From Podarcis bocagei (taxonomy: Eukaryota), in the NCBI GenBank assembly GCA_964188305.1, contig OZ076890.1: a stretch of DNA of 64,000 nt. One strand, given 5' to 3'. Shown piece by piece: positions 40,020-52,088 of this stretch (position 1 is the stretch's first letter; each line of letters opens with the position of its first letter). The notes under the pieces are model-generated. The model was not told the origin of the DNA and did not search any database. It was given only the letters and a program-made list of their open reading frames with translations. Both the position numbers and the translations under genes were made by a program.

Positions 40020-41689
40020 TATACACTTTTCAGAAGAGAGTGCCCCCAGCCTTCTGGAAAACAGGACACCCAGCACCACACAAATCCATAACCTGGAGGC
40101 CTAATTTCCATTGTAATTTTTGGGCAAGTAAGAAACAGCAGAGTCCTTTCTGAACATTGGGCGAGACTCCTTCAGTTTCTGACCTTTTCCATACCTTGCA
40201 GAAATAACAGATGATTCACCCTTACAGAGGATAATGGGGGAAGGGAACTGTGGCCACGCCACACAACAATTGGCTGACTGGCAAGCTGAGCTAACATTTG
40301 TGTACCCCTGTCTGTGAAGAAAATGACTTTCTGTAAGCACACACACACATTATGGATAAGTGGTCCCCCACCCCCCATGAATACATTTATCTAACCTATC
40401 ATGCCCTATTGCACTTTCTTGTTTGGGATAAAGTTCTCTTTCCCCACGTTTTTCTATTCCTACCTCCAAAGACGAAGGCACCCAGCCAGCACGTGACATG
40501 AGTTATATGAAAATTCTTTCTAACCTGTTGGAAAAAGGAATTGAGCCATATCCATGGAACCCATCTGTGTCATTATTTTTAACTATGCTATATTGAACAT
40601 GAATTGAACTCAAGGTTAAACCACAAAGGAAATACTCTTTCAGTCTCTGTTTCTATTAATACAGCGTGGTACACCTATGTAGGTCTTATTTTGCTGCCAC
40701 TCTGGTTTATATTCCATAGGAAACATACTGCCTGCGGTTCAGGTTCAGTTCTGGTCGTTGTCTTAAATCTGTTTGAAACCAGTTTTCTGGTCCATCTGCT
40801 CTTTGAATTAACTTGGGGCTGTTCATGTGAGGCATTTTCCCATCATGCCACCCGTCCTAACAGTTCCTAGGTATGGCTTCAGAAAAGGAAGAGTGCTGCT
40901 TGGACTGAAGCACATGGATATATCAGTAGCTATTTCCATTATTGAGTGAATTCACATGTTGATGGATCACTCCATACTGTTCTCCACATGATCATGTGCA
41001 ATAAATGGAATAAGCGGCTAAGAGAAAAACCCTGTATGGACTGGCCATAACATCATCATGGTTTATGTGTGCCTGAAATTAGAATCTCCTAGAGACCAGG
41101 CCAACCAGAAGTTCTCCTTTAATTCAGGTGATATTTTTCGTTGATGTACAATCGGAAAAGCTACCGTAACAGCACTGAAACTGAGCAATAGCAATTCTTT
41201 TCATTGGGCTTGTGGCTAGAACAAAGCTAGCGATAAGTAATAAAGCTTTTAGTGTAAAATGCATTCCATTTTCTTTCTGCAACTCACCGCTATCAAGGCC
41301 AAATATACGCTGTTGTCTGATAATAGGTGTTACATAACTCCACCTCCCCGCCTGCCACTTGATTCCTTTGTAGAGTTTGCCACAGACCTAGCAGACATAT
41401 CCATGGTGAACAATACATCATTATGTTAACAGTTACATGCTGCCAAGTGCAAGATGGCTTTCTGACCTACATGTAATGGTTCCAGCAAAAGAAGTATACT
41501 CACTATGCCTAGTGGTCAATTTTTCTGCACATAAAAAGTCCTGCATCCACATGGTCTTGTTGTCAACCATGGTATTAAACACACAGGATTTATTTTCTGC
41601 ACTATACTCATAAAATGGATCTGTTTTGTGTAAATCATTAGTTATGGTTAGCTTCAAAAAGTGGTTATACTTCAAAAAGTGAAAATCCT

Positions 41690-41896
41690 GAAAGAAAAGT
41701 TGTTGAGCATTTTTTTTGGCAAAGTTGAGATTTCATTTTGGGCAAAGTTGTTGAGTTGTAATTACATTTTGGGCTGCCATACACATGAATTTCCCCAGAC
41801 ATTTTAACTGATTTTTGACAATTCCGCCCAGACGCTATTATCAGCAGACAAATCCTAGATATGTCCGGGATATTTTCCGGACGTATGGCAGCCATA
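41690..41896. mobile_element. hAT-like element 3' remnant
   Basis: GGCTGCCATAC...GTATGGCAGCC inverted pair with CCGG subterminal motifs; no clear TSD. Confidence 0.45.
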
Positions 41897-43093
41897 CATT
41901 AGTATATATTAAGCAAGAAATTGTTTTCTGGTTTAAATATCCAGAATAGTTCTGTTCCTGACAAGCTATGCTGTCAATGAAAAAAGGTAGGGGTGTGACT
42001 GAGCGTGTATATTCCTTTTCCTTTCTGTTTACCTGCTCTCAATGATGCAGTTGTTTTTAAAAATAATAATAATGGCAAGCTGGCATTTTGACTACAGCAG
42101 TATTAATGGAATAGGGTCCCTGTTACCAATGATTCAGTCATCTGTCAGCCTGATAAATGGATTAGTGTAAGAGGTATTCCAGCGGGGAAATGTAGCCCAT
42201 AGGGCTTCCAGCTAATTATATTTAAGTTGTTTAGTACTGCTGGGAAACAGCATCCAGGCAATTGCTGAAAGCTTTGATGCAACGTGCCCCATTAGAGTTT
42301 GTGTTCAGAAACTCATTATCCTTTCAGGCTTGTGCTGGATGGATTCTAGGAAGCTGACATTAAATGGAGAGCAACAATAAATAGCCAAGAAGACATTTTA
42401 ATTCAGCTTCTGATCCATTTTCCTGATTCAGCAACTATTGGCGTGTATGATTTGTATGCCATGCCTGCATTCGAGGGACAACTATGCTTTTACTTGGTGT
42501 GGTATCTTTACAGATCTTTTTACGCTATCATGCATCCAGATAATAATGTGATTTGATCTTTCCAAATCAGAATTTAGATCAGGAGAGTGCTATGCATTCC
42601 GGGGATCCCAGGTGGCACCAAGAGCACAAAGTGCCTTTCTTAAGGTATCTGTGTCTGATCGCTTGATTGCAATTGTCTCCTAAGTGCCTGACCTTGCAGC
42701 CATTATCTGAGCCTTATGACTTCAGAGTTTCACTAACTCTGGTGTGCTCCTTGTGGGGCTGCCCTTTAAAACCACTCAGAAGTTAACAGCTGTTTCTAGA
42801 TGCAGCTGTCAGTGGTAGCCGCAGAGAGCATATTACACTAGATATCAGATGTCAGTGTTTGCTTTCGGATGCAATTCACTTTATTTACCCCTATCCTCAT
42901 TGTGTGGGCATTGCATCTTGCTGGCTCTCTAACTCTCCGAAAGCCATGCCAGTTTAATCTTATGGGTATGTTTCCTCGCCCCATCCCCCAATGGCTTGCT
43001 TAATCTTGCCTATCCTGGTATGGATACAAGTTATTTTTAATGCGTTCTCGAAACGTGATGGACTGATAGGTGTTTCTAAAAAGATGCTATATA

Positions 43094-43335
43094 CAGTGGT
43101 ACCTCAGGTTACATACACTTCAGGTTACATACGCTTCAGGTTACAGACTCCGCTAACCCAGAAATAGTGCTTCAGGTTAAGAACTTTGCTTCAGGATGAG
43201 AACAGAAATCGTGCTCCTGTGGCGCGGCGGCAGCAGGAGGCCCCATTAGCTAAAGTGGTGCTTCAGGTTAATAACAGATTCAGGTTAAGAACGGATCTCC
43301 AGAATGAATTAAGTACTTAACCCGAGTTACCACTG
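43094..43335 (+). mobile_element. Tigger/pogo-like MITE, family A copy 4
   Basis: TA|CAGTGGTACCTC...GAGTTACCACTG|TA. Confidence 0.92.
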
Positions 43336-43747
43336 TATTGGGCATATGCCAGGCACTCATGACAGTAAGAGGGTCGATAACGGAAAAAACATACCACATA
43401 GTAGGTGTTCCTATTACATTTGACTTATTTCCACACAATGTGGTTGTGAACTTGCTGTTGCCTCAGTTCTCCAGTCAACCTAGTGATTTATCCTTCCCAA
43501 GAACAGGCCATGGGCAGATAGTCAGTCAGAGGAAAGGTCATCTATGAGAAATTGTTTTTCTTGCATTCCATAGGGACATAAGAAGCTGTCTTACACCAGA
43601 TCACTATTATCTATATGACGGGCAGTTTTTCTCCAGGGCTTCAGACAAGGGACATCCCTAGCCTTAGCTGGACATGCCAGGGATCAAACCAGGGGCCATT
43701 GCATGCAAAACAAATGTTCTACCATTTGTGGCCCTTCCTAACTTCTT

Positions 43748-43803
43748 CCTTCCTTCCTTCCTTCCTTCCTTCCTTCCTTCCTTCCTTCCTTCCTTCCTTC
43801 CTT
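43748..43803. repeat. (CCTT)n microsatellite
   Basis: Seen directly. Confidence 0.95.
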
Positions 43804-43847
43804 ATTTATTTTCTGTGCCCTTCCCTCTTTGCTTTTACTGTCTCCAT

Positions 43848-43983
43848 CAGGCATGGGCAAACTCAGCCCTCCAGATGTTTTGGGACTACAACTCCCATCA
43901 TCCCTGACCACTGGTCCTGTTAGCTAGGGATGATGGGAATTGTAGTCCCAAAACATCTGAAGGGCAATGTTTGCCTATGCCTG
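43848..43983. mobile_element. Palindromic 136-bp hAT MITE
   Basis: CAGGCATGGGCAAAC / GTTTGCCTATGCCTG; nearly the whole element is an inverted repeat; TSD GTCTCCAT / GTCTACAT. Confidence 0.88.
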
Positions 43984-44329
43984 GTCTACATTACTAATTC
44001 TTTACTTCCTTTATGAGAAAGTCAGCTTTCTATGTACCATTTATTATGGCTTCCCTGCTTTCCTAGCTTTCCTGTTGTGGCTACTTCTGCTAGTGGGGTA
44101 CCATATTTTGGGGGATTCACTACAGCTAAGCTATGTGCTGTTCCCATAAGAACTTCTGCAATGCCCCTGATGCTCTAGAACTCATACTCTCAATCTCTCA
44201 AGACACACTATAACCCCCTCCCCTCAAATATCCTGCGTTGGTAGTGTATCTGAAACTGGAGCAAAACCTTCCCATTATTTGTACTGATTTGCTTTTGGGT
44301 TGTTTGATTGACATATAGGATGACACACT

Positions 44330-44502
44330 GGGAGCTGCCTTATACCAAGTCATATCCTTGGTCCATCTAGCTGAGCACTGACTGAAAGAGGCTGTCCAGG
44401 GCTTCAGGCAAGAGACATTCCCAGCCCTGGTGATTCTGCAGATAGAATCTGGGGCCTTCTGCATGCAAAGCAGATGCGGTGCAACTGAGCTACAGCCTTT
44501 TC
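44330..44502 (-). mobile_element. tRNA-derived SINE; related degraded copies near 43575-43735 and 49665-49850
   Basis: Minus strand reads GGCTGTAGCTCAGTTG...TGCTTTGCATGCAGAAGGCCCCAGATTC, a tRNA-like head. Confidence 0.65.
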
Positions 44503-44584
44503 CTTTATTGCATTTCTATTGTCCATGTTTAATAGAATATTGTCTTTATTGATTCATTGCGGGCTATGGAAGTTTCTTTACTAG

Positions 44585-44778
44585 TAATAATAATTTTATT
44601 TTTCGTAAACCCACCCACCCCCATCAGACTTGGTTGCCCCAGCCACTCTGGGTAGCTTCCAACAAATATATATAAACACAACATAATAAAACTTCTCTAT
44701 ACAGGGCTGCCTTCAGATGTCTTCTAAAAGTTATATAGTTCCTTATATCCTTGATATCTGATGGGAGGGTGTTCCTGT
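44585..44778 (-). mobile_element. L2-type LINE 3' end
   Basis: Reverse-complement match to 56877-57118 (CAGGGCTGCCTTCAGATGTCTT; GGGAGGGTGTTCC). Confidence 0.65.
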
Positions 44779-45799
44779 GGCAAACTGCTTTATGTCCTTT
44801 AGAGAGAGAGAAAATATTAGCTATAAAAAAGAATGAATAAATATTAAAAATGTGATCCTCTTTCTATCTATATACAGCTGCAGAGCTACCAAAAATACCT
44901 GTGGATTGCTTGGTACACACCATCTCTTAGTTTTACAGACTTTTTCTTTCTTACTTACAGTGTAGTCCTCTGCAGAAATAGGTGCACTTAAGTTCATGGA
45001 AATCAATCGGTCACCAGACTTCTGCCAGCTTGGTTAGCAGATGGGATCGAGTTTCTATAATTACTGTGGATATTGTCTGCATCCATTGAGGAAGAAAAGA
45101 AGACTAGAATAAGAAAGGGCAGAGAATGGCGCATTTATGCAATATTCATGAGCACATTAATTTCCCCCCTTCAATATTGCATGTGCACTGTCTGTGTGAA
45201 TTCTCTACATATTTTCCCAACTGTGAGCTGAGTATCAAGAAACAAACTAGGTTGCATTTGTAGCTGTAAATATATACATTATTTTATTCTGATCTGTACG
45301 GCTCTCTAAAAAGCAAGTGTGAGCAAATCTTGGGCCCAAGCAATCTCTCAATAAAACAGATGCATCCTCTGCTCCAGGCCTGATGTCAGCACTCTGCATT
45401 CTTGTGGTCCATGTGTCCCAGTGGTGATGCCTACGTTGGTTTGCCGACTTGGCATTTTCCTCCAAACATTGCTACCTATATATATACTGCTGGCTTGGGC
45501 CTATGGCAGCAAGGCCACTGGCTTCAAAACAAGGCTTTTTACTGTGTGAGCCTGTACTACCTGATGCCCAGATGACAGTGGGTTTGCTGATAATAGCAAA
45601 TTGTCCAGGGCAAGCGTAAAGTGTGGTATGTTGAGGCAAGAAAAATCCACAGTAAACACTCATGGGGTCTGAACTGGCAGTGACTGCCTAGGTATGAGGG
45701 TTGTAGTGTGTCTACTTGAAGATGATGTTGATCCGTTGAGTTGCTGCTGTGGAAAAAAGGCAAATTCTGTTCTAGGAATCGTTACAAGGGAAGTGCCAA

Positions 45800-46760
45800 T
45801 AGCATAATGTTATTATACAAATCTTGGTGAAGACTGTGTACCATTCTGGTCTCCACACCTCAAAATGTTTGTTGTAGAACTCTGAAATGGTCTGTAAAGG
45901 TCCATCAAAATTATTGAGGGGCTGGAGCTTCTCTGCGAGGAAAGGTTTGGGGGCGCTTTTATTTAGTTTAGAAAAATGGTGAGCAAGGCAGGACTTGATA
46001 GATAAATATAGGAATCTGCATGGTGGCGGGGAAAGTGGATAGAGAGAAACTTTTCTCCTTCTCTAGAACTTGGGGCTTTCAAGTGATGTTTAATGTTGTA
46101 AGCTTCAGGGAAGGCAAAAGAACAGATTTCACACAACGCATAGTTCAACTGTGGAATGTGGTGCCACAATATGTATTGATGCCCACCAACTAAGATGACT
46201 GTAAAAGAGGGTTGGATAGATTAATGGAGGATAAAAAAGTAAAGGTAAAAGACCCCGGACAGTTAAGTCCAGTCAAAGGCAACTGGGGTTGCGGCGCTCA
46301 TCTTGCTTCAGGCCGAGGGAGCCGGCGTTTGTCCACAGACAGCTTTTCAGGTTGTGTGGCTAGCATGACTAAACTTCTTCTGGCACAACGGAACACTGTA
46401 ACGGAGACCAGAGTGCACGGAAATGCCGTTTATCTTCTGGCCGCAGCGGTACCTATTTATCTACTTGCACTGGTGTGCTTTCAAACTGCTAGGTTGGCAG
46501 GAACTGGAACAGAGCAATGGGAGCTCACCTCGTTGTGGGGATTCATAGCTCCGACCTTCTGATTGGCAAACCCAAGAGGCTCGTGGTTTAGACCACAGAG
46601 CCACCTGCATCCCTTTAATGGAGGATGCTAACCATGATGACTACATTTAGTCTAAATATAGTTGGAGAGCACAGCTCTGAATACCAGCTGCTGGAAAGCA
46701 CAGGAGGAGAGTGTGCTGATGCGCTCAGGTCTTTCCTGTAGGCTTCCCACAGGGACCTGT
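45800..46760 (+). mobile_element. Degraded CR1 LINE 3' part, interrupted by a Sauria SINE
   Basis: TGTGTACCATTCTGGTCTCCACACCTCAAA (C-V-x-F-W-S-P-H-L-K motif) and TTCACACAACGCATAG...TGTGGAA; boundaries approximate. Confidence 0.65.
46233..46614 (-). mobile_element. Sauria SINE, full length
   Basis: Reverse-complement match to 35732-36096; 12-bp TSD TTAATGGAGGAT (46221-46232 and 46615-46626). Confidence 0.92.
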
Positions 46761-48144
46761 TGCAAACAGCAACATTATCAGAAACGGAAAAAGAAAAAGT
46801 GATGTTGGGAAAAGACTGAAAAGCAGGAATGTAAACAGAAGCTTTGTGTGCTAACTTTGAGAAAATGGCCCTTCACCCACACAGCAGAGAAAGAAGCAGA
46901 GGTGAGGGTAAGAGAAGGAGAAATATAAAAGAACAGTAGAGTTGTAGCATCTCCATAAAGGTGGCAATGATAAACAGATAACGGGGGCCATAAGAAGAAC
47001 AACAAGGGGAAGGGGGCTTGTTGCTGCTCCGTAAGTAATTCGTATTGAAGTAAGATTCAAAAATGAAATCACTTCAGTGATAAAACTATAACTGAAAAGC
47101 TAAAAAAAGGCATTAAATATAAAGAGCATAAGTATAAAGGCTGTGCCAAAGGCCGAGTCATCTTCTAAGAAGCATGGATAAAACACCTGATGATTTAGCT
47201 ACAAGAATATAATTGAAAATAACAAAGGATTCTCATTTGAATTAAAACAGGAGGCATGGGGGGAAACAGATTGGAAGTGGCCTAGAACAGAACTGGTAGA
47301 AATAAGACATGGAAAAAGAATAAAAAGGTCAATAGCTGCCCCTTCCCCCAAAAAAGAAGAGAGGTGGTAATATTATTTTTTTAAAAAAGAGCACTGACTT
47401 AAAGGGAAAGAACTGGAAGAAAGAGTGTGCAGTACAGAAGGGAGAATCGATGAGCCAATAGATTTTTTTTTTTAAAAAAAAAAAGTGGGAACAAGATCAA
47501 GGGAACAGGTAATTTTGTATCTGGTAAAGTAACTGGAGAAAAAGAAGGCACGTCAGATGGTAGGGTAGCACACATTGGTTTCTGGCCTCCGGCTGGTGTT
47601 TAAGTTATCCAGGCAGGATGGGATAGGCTGCTGCTGGAGCAAAGGTGTCGAAGTCACCAATGCATTTCTTTATGAGGTAATATTTAGCCTGCTAAATTTA
47701 GCAGGAAAATGCAGTGTGAGTGGAAACTGGTACAGATACCATGCAGATTTTATCCTGGTTGGTAATGAGTTTGTAGATGGTTATTGGAAGCAGCCATCAC
47801 AATGCCATGTGTTCTTGGATGGAAAATCACAATGCAGCTGTGTAATGCTTTGCTCACAGATCTCTTTGTGTGCCTGTCTTCTGGCCTCAAAACATCTTTC
47901 TTTCTATTTCTTCTTTTGGAAAACATCGTGGCCTCATTTTTTCCCCCAGCTTCACGGCATGTTTGTGGATGAAAACGCTGCCGTTTGCTACAGACTGTGA
48001 TATTCATGGAAGAATTGGAGGTTATCCTTTGGGGAACGTTTGTGAATATTAAAGCTGTTCATCATTTTGAAAGAATACAAAACATTCGTTTTATGAATTT
48101 TGCAAATTGGCACACCTCTGCCTGTTTTTAGGTTGGAGTGAGAT

Positions 48145-48147
<3 letters not shown>

Positions 48148-48191
<44 letters not shown>
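48148..48191. repeat. (GT)n microsatellite
   Basis: Seen directly. Confidence 0.95.
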
Positions 48192-48193
<2 letters not shown>

Positions 48194-49554
48194 CTCCCAC
48201 TAAACTGAAAATGTCCCAGTTAGCATTAAATCACCTGTGCTGGTGGTTACTGTTCTGAGGGCCCTTCCCTTCCAGGGATGGGCAGTCTGCAGAAAATGCT
48301 CTCTATCCGCCCATCTGATTGCTACCTTATTCCCTAATAACTACTTCTGTGTGCCATGATTCAGCTCCTAGGTTTGTATGATCACAAGACATCTTCATGA
48401 TTTGTTGTATTATCTAGTACTGTACATTTGAAGTCTTTCCAGAATGGTAATTATGGTGTTTTTTCCAGTTGGCAATGGAAGGAAATATAAAAGGTTAATG
48501 ATGTTCTACTTATGTAGAAGGAGTTGTTGCTTTGTTGTTCCCTCCGAGAATGCTCACACTTATGGGACCAAAATGGACAAAAAGGGAGCTCTCAGCAGAT
48601 GGCTGGGAAACACTGAGGTTTGCAGAAGTGTGGAAAGTCTTCGGGGGGGGGGTAAACCAAAAACACTCTAATGATTTCCGCACGTGCTCAGCTGTGCACA
48701 AAACACTGACTTGCTGTTAAAAGAGGAGAAATGGAAAGTCAAGGGGAAGCGGGAAAGGAATATTTAAAAAGGAAGGTGTAGATATAAAAGGGGTAGAAAG
48801 AAATAGCCAATTGCTATAGGTAATTTCCTGGTTCTCTGGCTTTTTGCTTCTTTTTCAACTTCCTCAGCCTCACACATGCGTACCAGGGATACTCTACCAC
48901 ATTTTACTGTAATAATGCACATGCATAGTCTAATGTGGAATGATTATTTATTTATTTTTAAAGCAATTTAAATAAAATAATAAGCTGTTGTGAGCTTTTT
49001 TCAGACAATTAAACATGCAGCCACACAATACCTGGCAGATAACCCAGCTGCATCCAACAATTATATTTATTTCTATTTTTGTTGTTTTTAATAACTTTTA
49101 AAAAAAGATAAAATGCTCTAAAAATAAAAAAGTAATAGAGACTGACTTATTCATAGCATTTACTCTGAGATGTGAACTTATTTTTTATGCCTCAGTGCAC
49201 ACTTGGAACTGAGCCCCTTTAAATTCAGTGGGACTCAACTTTCCTGCAGACAGGCATAGGATTGTACTGCAAGGTTTCTGCACATGTGACTTTAAGACAC
49301 TTTCAGCAAACCCTTACATTAAAATAAAAACATTTCATAATGGTGGCATTGAAACTATTATTCAGTGATCAGTTTAATTTCATAAAATATGACAATAGTT
49401 TGAAGAAGTTGGTTGGTTGCAAGCATCCTTTTTAGCTTCTTTTTATTGGTCCATTTTTGTTGCTATTCTAGTCTAAATTTTAAGATTAGTGTGGGAAAAC
49501 CGATGGAGAGTTATGACTACATTCGTAGCCCACCTTTCTTCCATCATGGAACTC

Positions 49555-49665
49555 AAGGCCGTATACATGGGGTTTGGTGTAGTCTCCCATCCAGACACTG
49601 ATTAGACCCCCGACCTGCTTAGCTTCAGCAAATGGCTGCATTATTTGCTCTCAGACCACACCTGG
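49555..49665 (-). mobile_element. 5S rRNA-derived SINE or 5S pseudogene fragment
   Basis: Minus strand GAAGCTAAGCAGGTCGGGGGTCTAATCAGTGTCTGGATGGGAGAC resembles the 5S internal control region; partial and diverged. Confidence 0.65.
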
Positions 49666-50763
49666 TCTTATACTGAGTCAGATCACCGATCCATCAATTC
49701 CAGAACTTTCCACTCCCAGCAGGACTTGGGTACAGATTATTCCTAAATTTGATACGTTTGTTTCTCTCAACTGGAAAACCTGGGGATTTAATGTAGGGAC
49801 TTTTTGGATAGAAAACATGGACTATAATATTGAGCTGTGGCAGTTTCATCTTAGATATGAGCTATGGAGCGCCTGCAGCATTTTCCTGCACATAATGGGG
49901 TAATAAAAGAAGCCCTGGGCTACATCAGAGGTACCAACACTGTAGTTTCTGTCCACTCTAGTAATGCCCTAGTTTCCTGGAGAAGTAACGCTGGTGTAGT
50001 AGGGAGCTATCCCAGCCAGGACTCAGAAGGAGTAAGCTATACTTCTCAGCTTTACCCAGGTGATGTGGAGCTCAGCTGTTCTCCAACAGCTTCTGCACAC
50101 CTAGTGTGACATAAGAAAGGGACCAGAGTGATCGGGCATGTCTCACAACTTCTCTATGTTCAAGTGTTTGCATACCAGTAGCCATGATGCCTCTTTTTAG
50201 CAGAACATAAGAATGTACTAGGTTATCCCTTAGTTAGGCAATAACATGATGTTGGTGATGGGTAGTAAACAGGAGCAGGGGACATGCATGGTCTTATCTT
50301 TCTATACAAACTTGATCTCATTAACCATGGCATCCTCTCATTCTAGATTTCTCCACTGTCGAATGTAGAGATCTCCATGGTAACTCAAACCCCCAACCTC
50401 TTCTCAGCAGCCTGCAAGAAGCAGTTTTCAACAGCTCAGAGGTCTCACGACCAGGTAATTCAAACAATTAAAGAACTGGATATCTATTGGAAATAAAGTA
50501 ATTTCTACATCTATTCCATAATAAACGAAACATAGCATTTTGATTCCTTATCTAAGTGTTTTACAAATGCTAGATTATAACAATTGCCATTTCTGAGATT
50601 ATTAGAAAAACAGAAGTCACCATAATTGTTTTTAAGTGGTAAGACTAGTGGAGCTGAATAGTTATATTACTGGGATAATCACAAATATTCCACCAATAAA
50701 TGTTATTGTCTTGCATCTCCTGCAGCATGGTTGGTGTTAAATTATTGTCACAGTAACCTTCTT

Positions 50764-50860
50764 ACGATACGATACGATACGATACGATACGATACGATAC
50801 GATGCAATGCAATGCAATGCAATGCAATGCAATGCAATGCAATGCAATGCAATACAATAC
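50764..50860. repeat. Compound pentamer microsatellite (ACGAT)n-(GCAAT)n-(ACAAT)2
   Basis: Seen directly. Confidence 0.95.
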
Positions 50861-50861
50861 T

Positions 50862-51224
50862 AGAATAATTGGGTGCACTCTTCCCACCTTGGATCAAATC
50901 TATGGTTCCAGGTGCAGAGATAGAGCAGGATATTACACACCCCGGAAATGATCTCTCTCAGCTTCTGCCTTCTGGAAGAAGGCACAGGGTTATAAAGACT
51001 AGGACTAGCCGCCTGAGAAACAGTTTCTACCCAAATGCGATTTTGGTTTTAAACATAGTGTAAGGGGTCTCTATGGGAATATATTGTATTTAAAAATGGG
51101 GTATCAGAGTTTTTAGGGGGCTAACCAGGTTGGGATAGCTGGGATAGCAGGCTTGTTGGGTTTTGAATGTTTTATGTAGATTTTTCAATTTCGTTGTTCT
51201 GTATGGGACAATGACAATAAAGAT
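50862..51224 (+). mobile_element. Rex1/Babar LINE 3' fragment
   Basis: HPGNDLSQLLPSGRRHRVIKTRTSRLRNSFYPNAILVLN* matches the Rex1/Babar C-terminus; ends GACAATAAAG; TACAATACT flanks both sides. Confidence 0.85.
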
Positions 51225-52088
51225 TACAATACTCCAGAAAATAAATAGGAAACATGTTTTTCATGGTGCCTAGGAAATATCACAGTTCAGGTGAAGTTAT
51301 GGTTCCTGGTTTACCTATGCATCAACCAGATTTCGATGTTTGTTGTCAAATCTGCCTTTAGACCATAACATTAAGTGGGATTTTCCTGTGTTAACAAGGT
51401 AATTCAACTGAAGCCTAAATTAGCTTACACTTTCTTTTTCTTCAGTTAAATGCCTTGTTAAAAAACAGATTGATTTATATAATATGATAAATACCATGTT
51501 ATGGTACAATAAATGGGGTGGGGTGGGATAATATTCTAAATTGCTTTGATCAGAAGATGCCTAGAGAAATTTATAACATATGACATATGAAAGATTGCTG
51601 TTTACCATGTCACAGAGAGATAATGGAGAGATAATTTGCATTTGTGTTCTCCCAGTTCAAAGTAGGTTATTAAACATTAACAAAAAAAAAACCGTTCTGA
51701 AAGCTATCCAGGTTCATAAAACTTTCTGCTATTTTGCTAGTTTACTGTATGCTACTTTCAGTACTGATCCAGTACTGAGTCACATGGCAAATGATTTTCT
51801 TGAATAACAAGCTAGCATGACATTTATAATAATGAATATGCATGGCCTTCAAGGCAGAGTACCTGAACTCTGCAGCGCTACTGAATCAGTAAGCTCAGAA
51901 TCACTTCAGTGGGTGTAGAGTCAAGTTGCAGGATCCCAAACAGGTGCCATTTGGGGATCTGTACCCTTTAAACAACACTATAGACTTGTACACAGGACAT
52001 CGTTTTCTAAGTTATTGTGTAGCAGGGAATGCTTATTTATTGATTGTATTTTTAACCCTGGTGATATGCTTTTTAGATGAAAATTATG

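Noticed and set aside
46780-47560. L1 ORF1 remnant in an A-rich tract
   Set aside because: The composition is suggestive, but it is too decayed to support by eye.
49555-49665. Functional 5S rRNA gene
   Set aside because: Only the central part resembles 5S and it is diverged; more consistent with a 5S-derived SINE or pseudogene.
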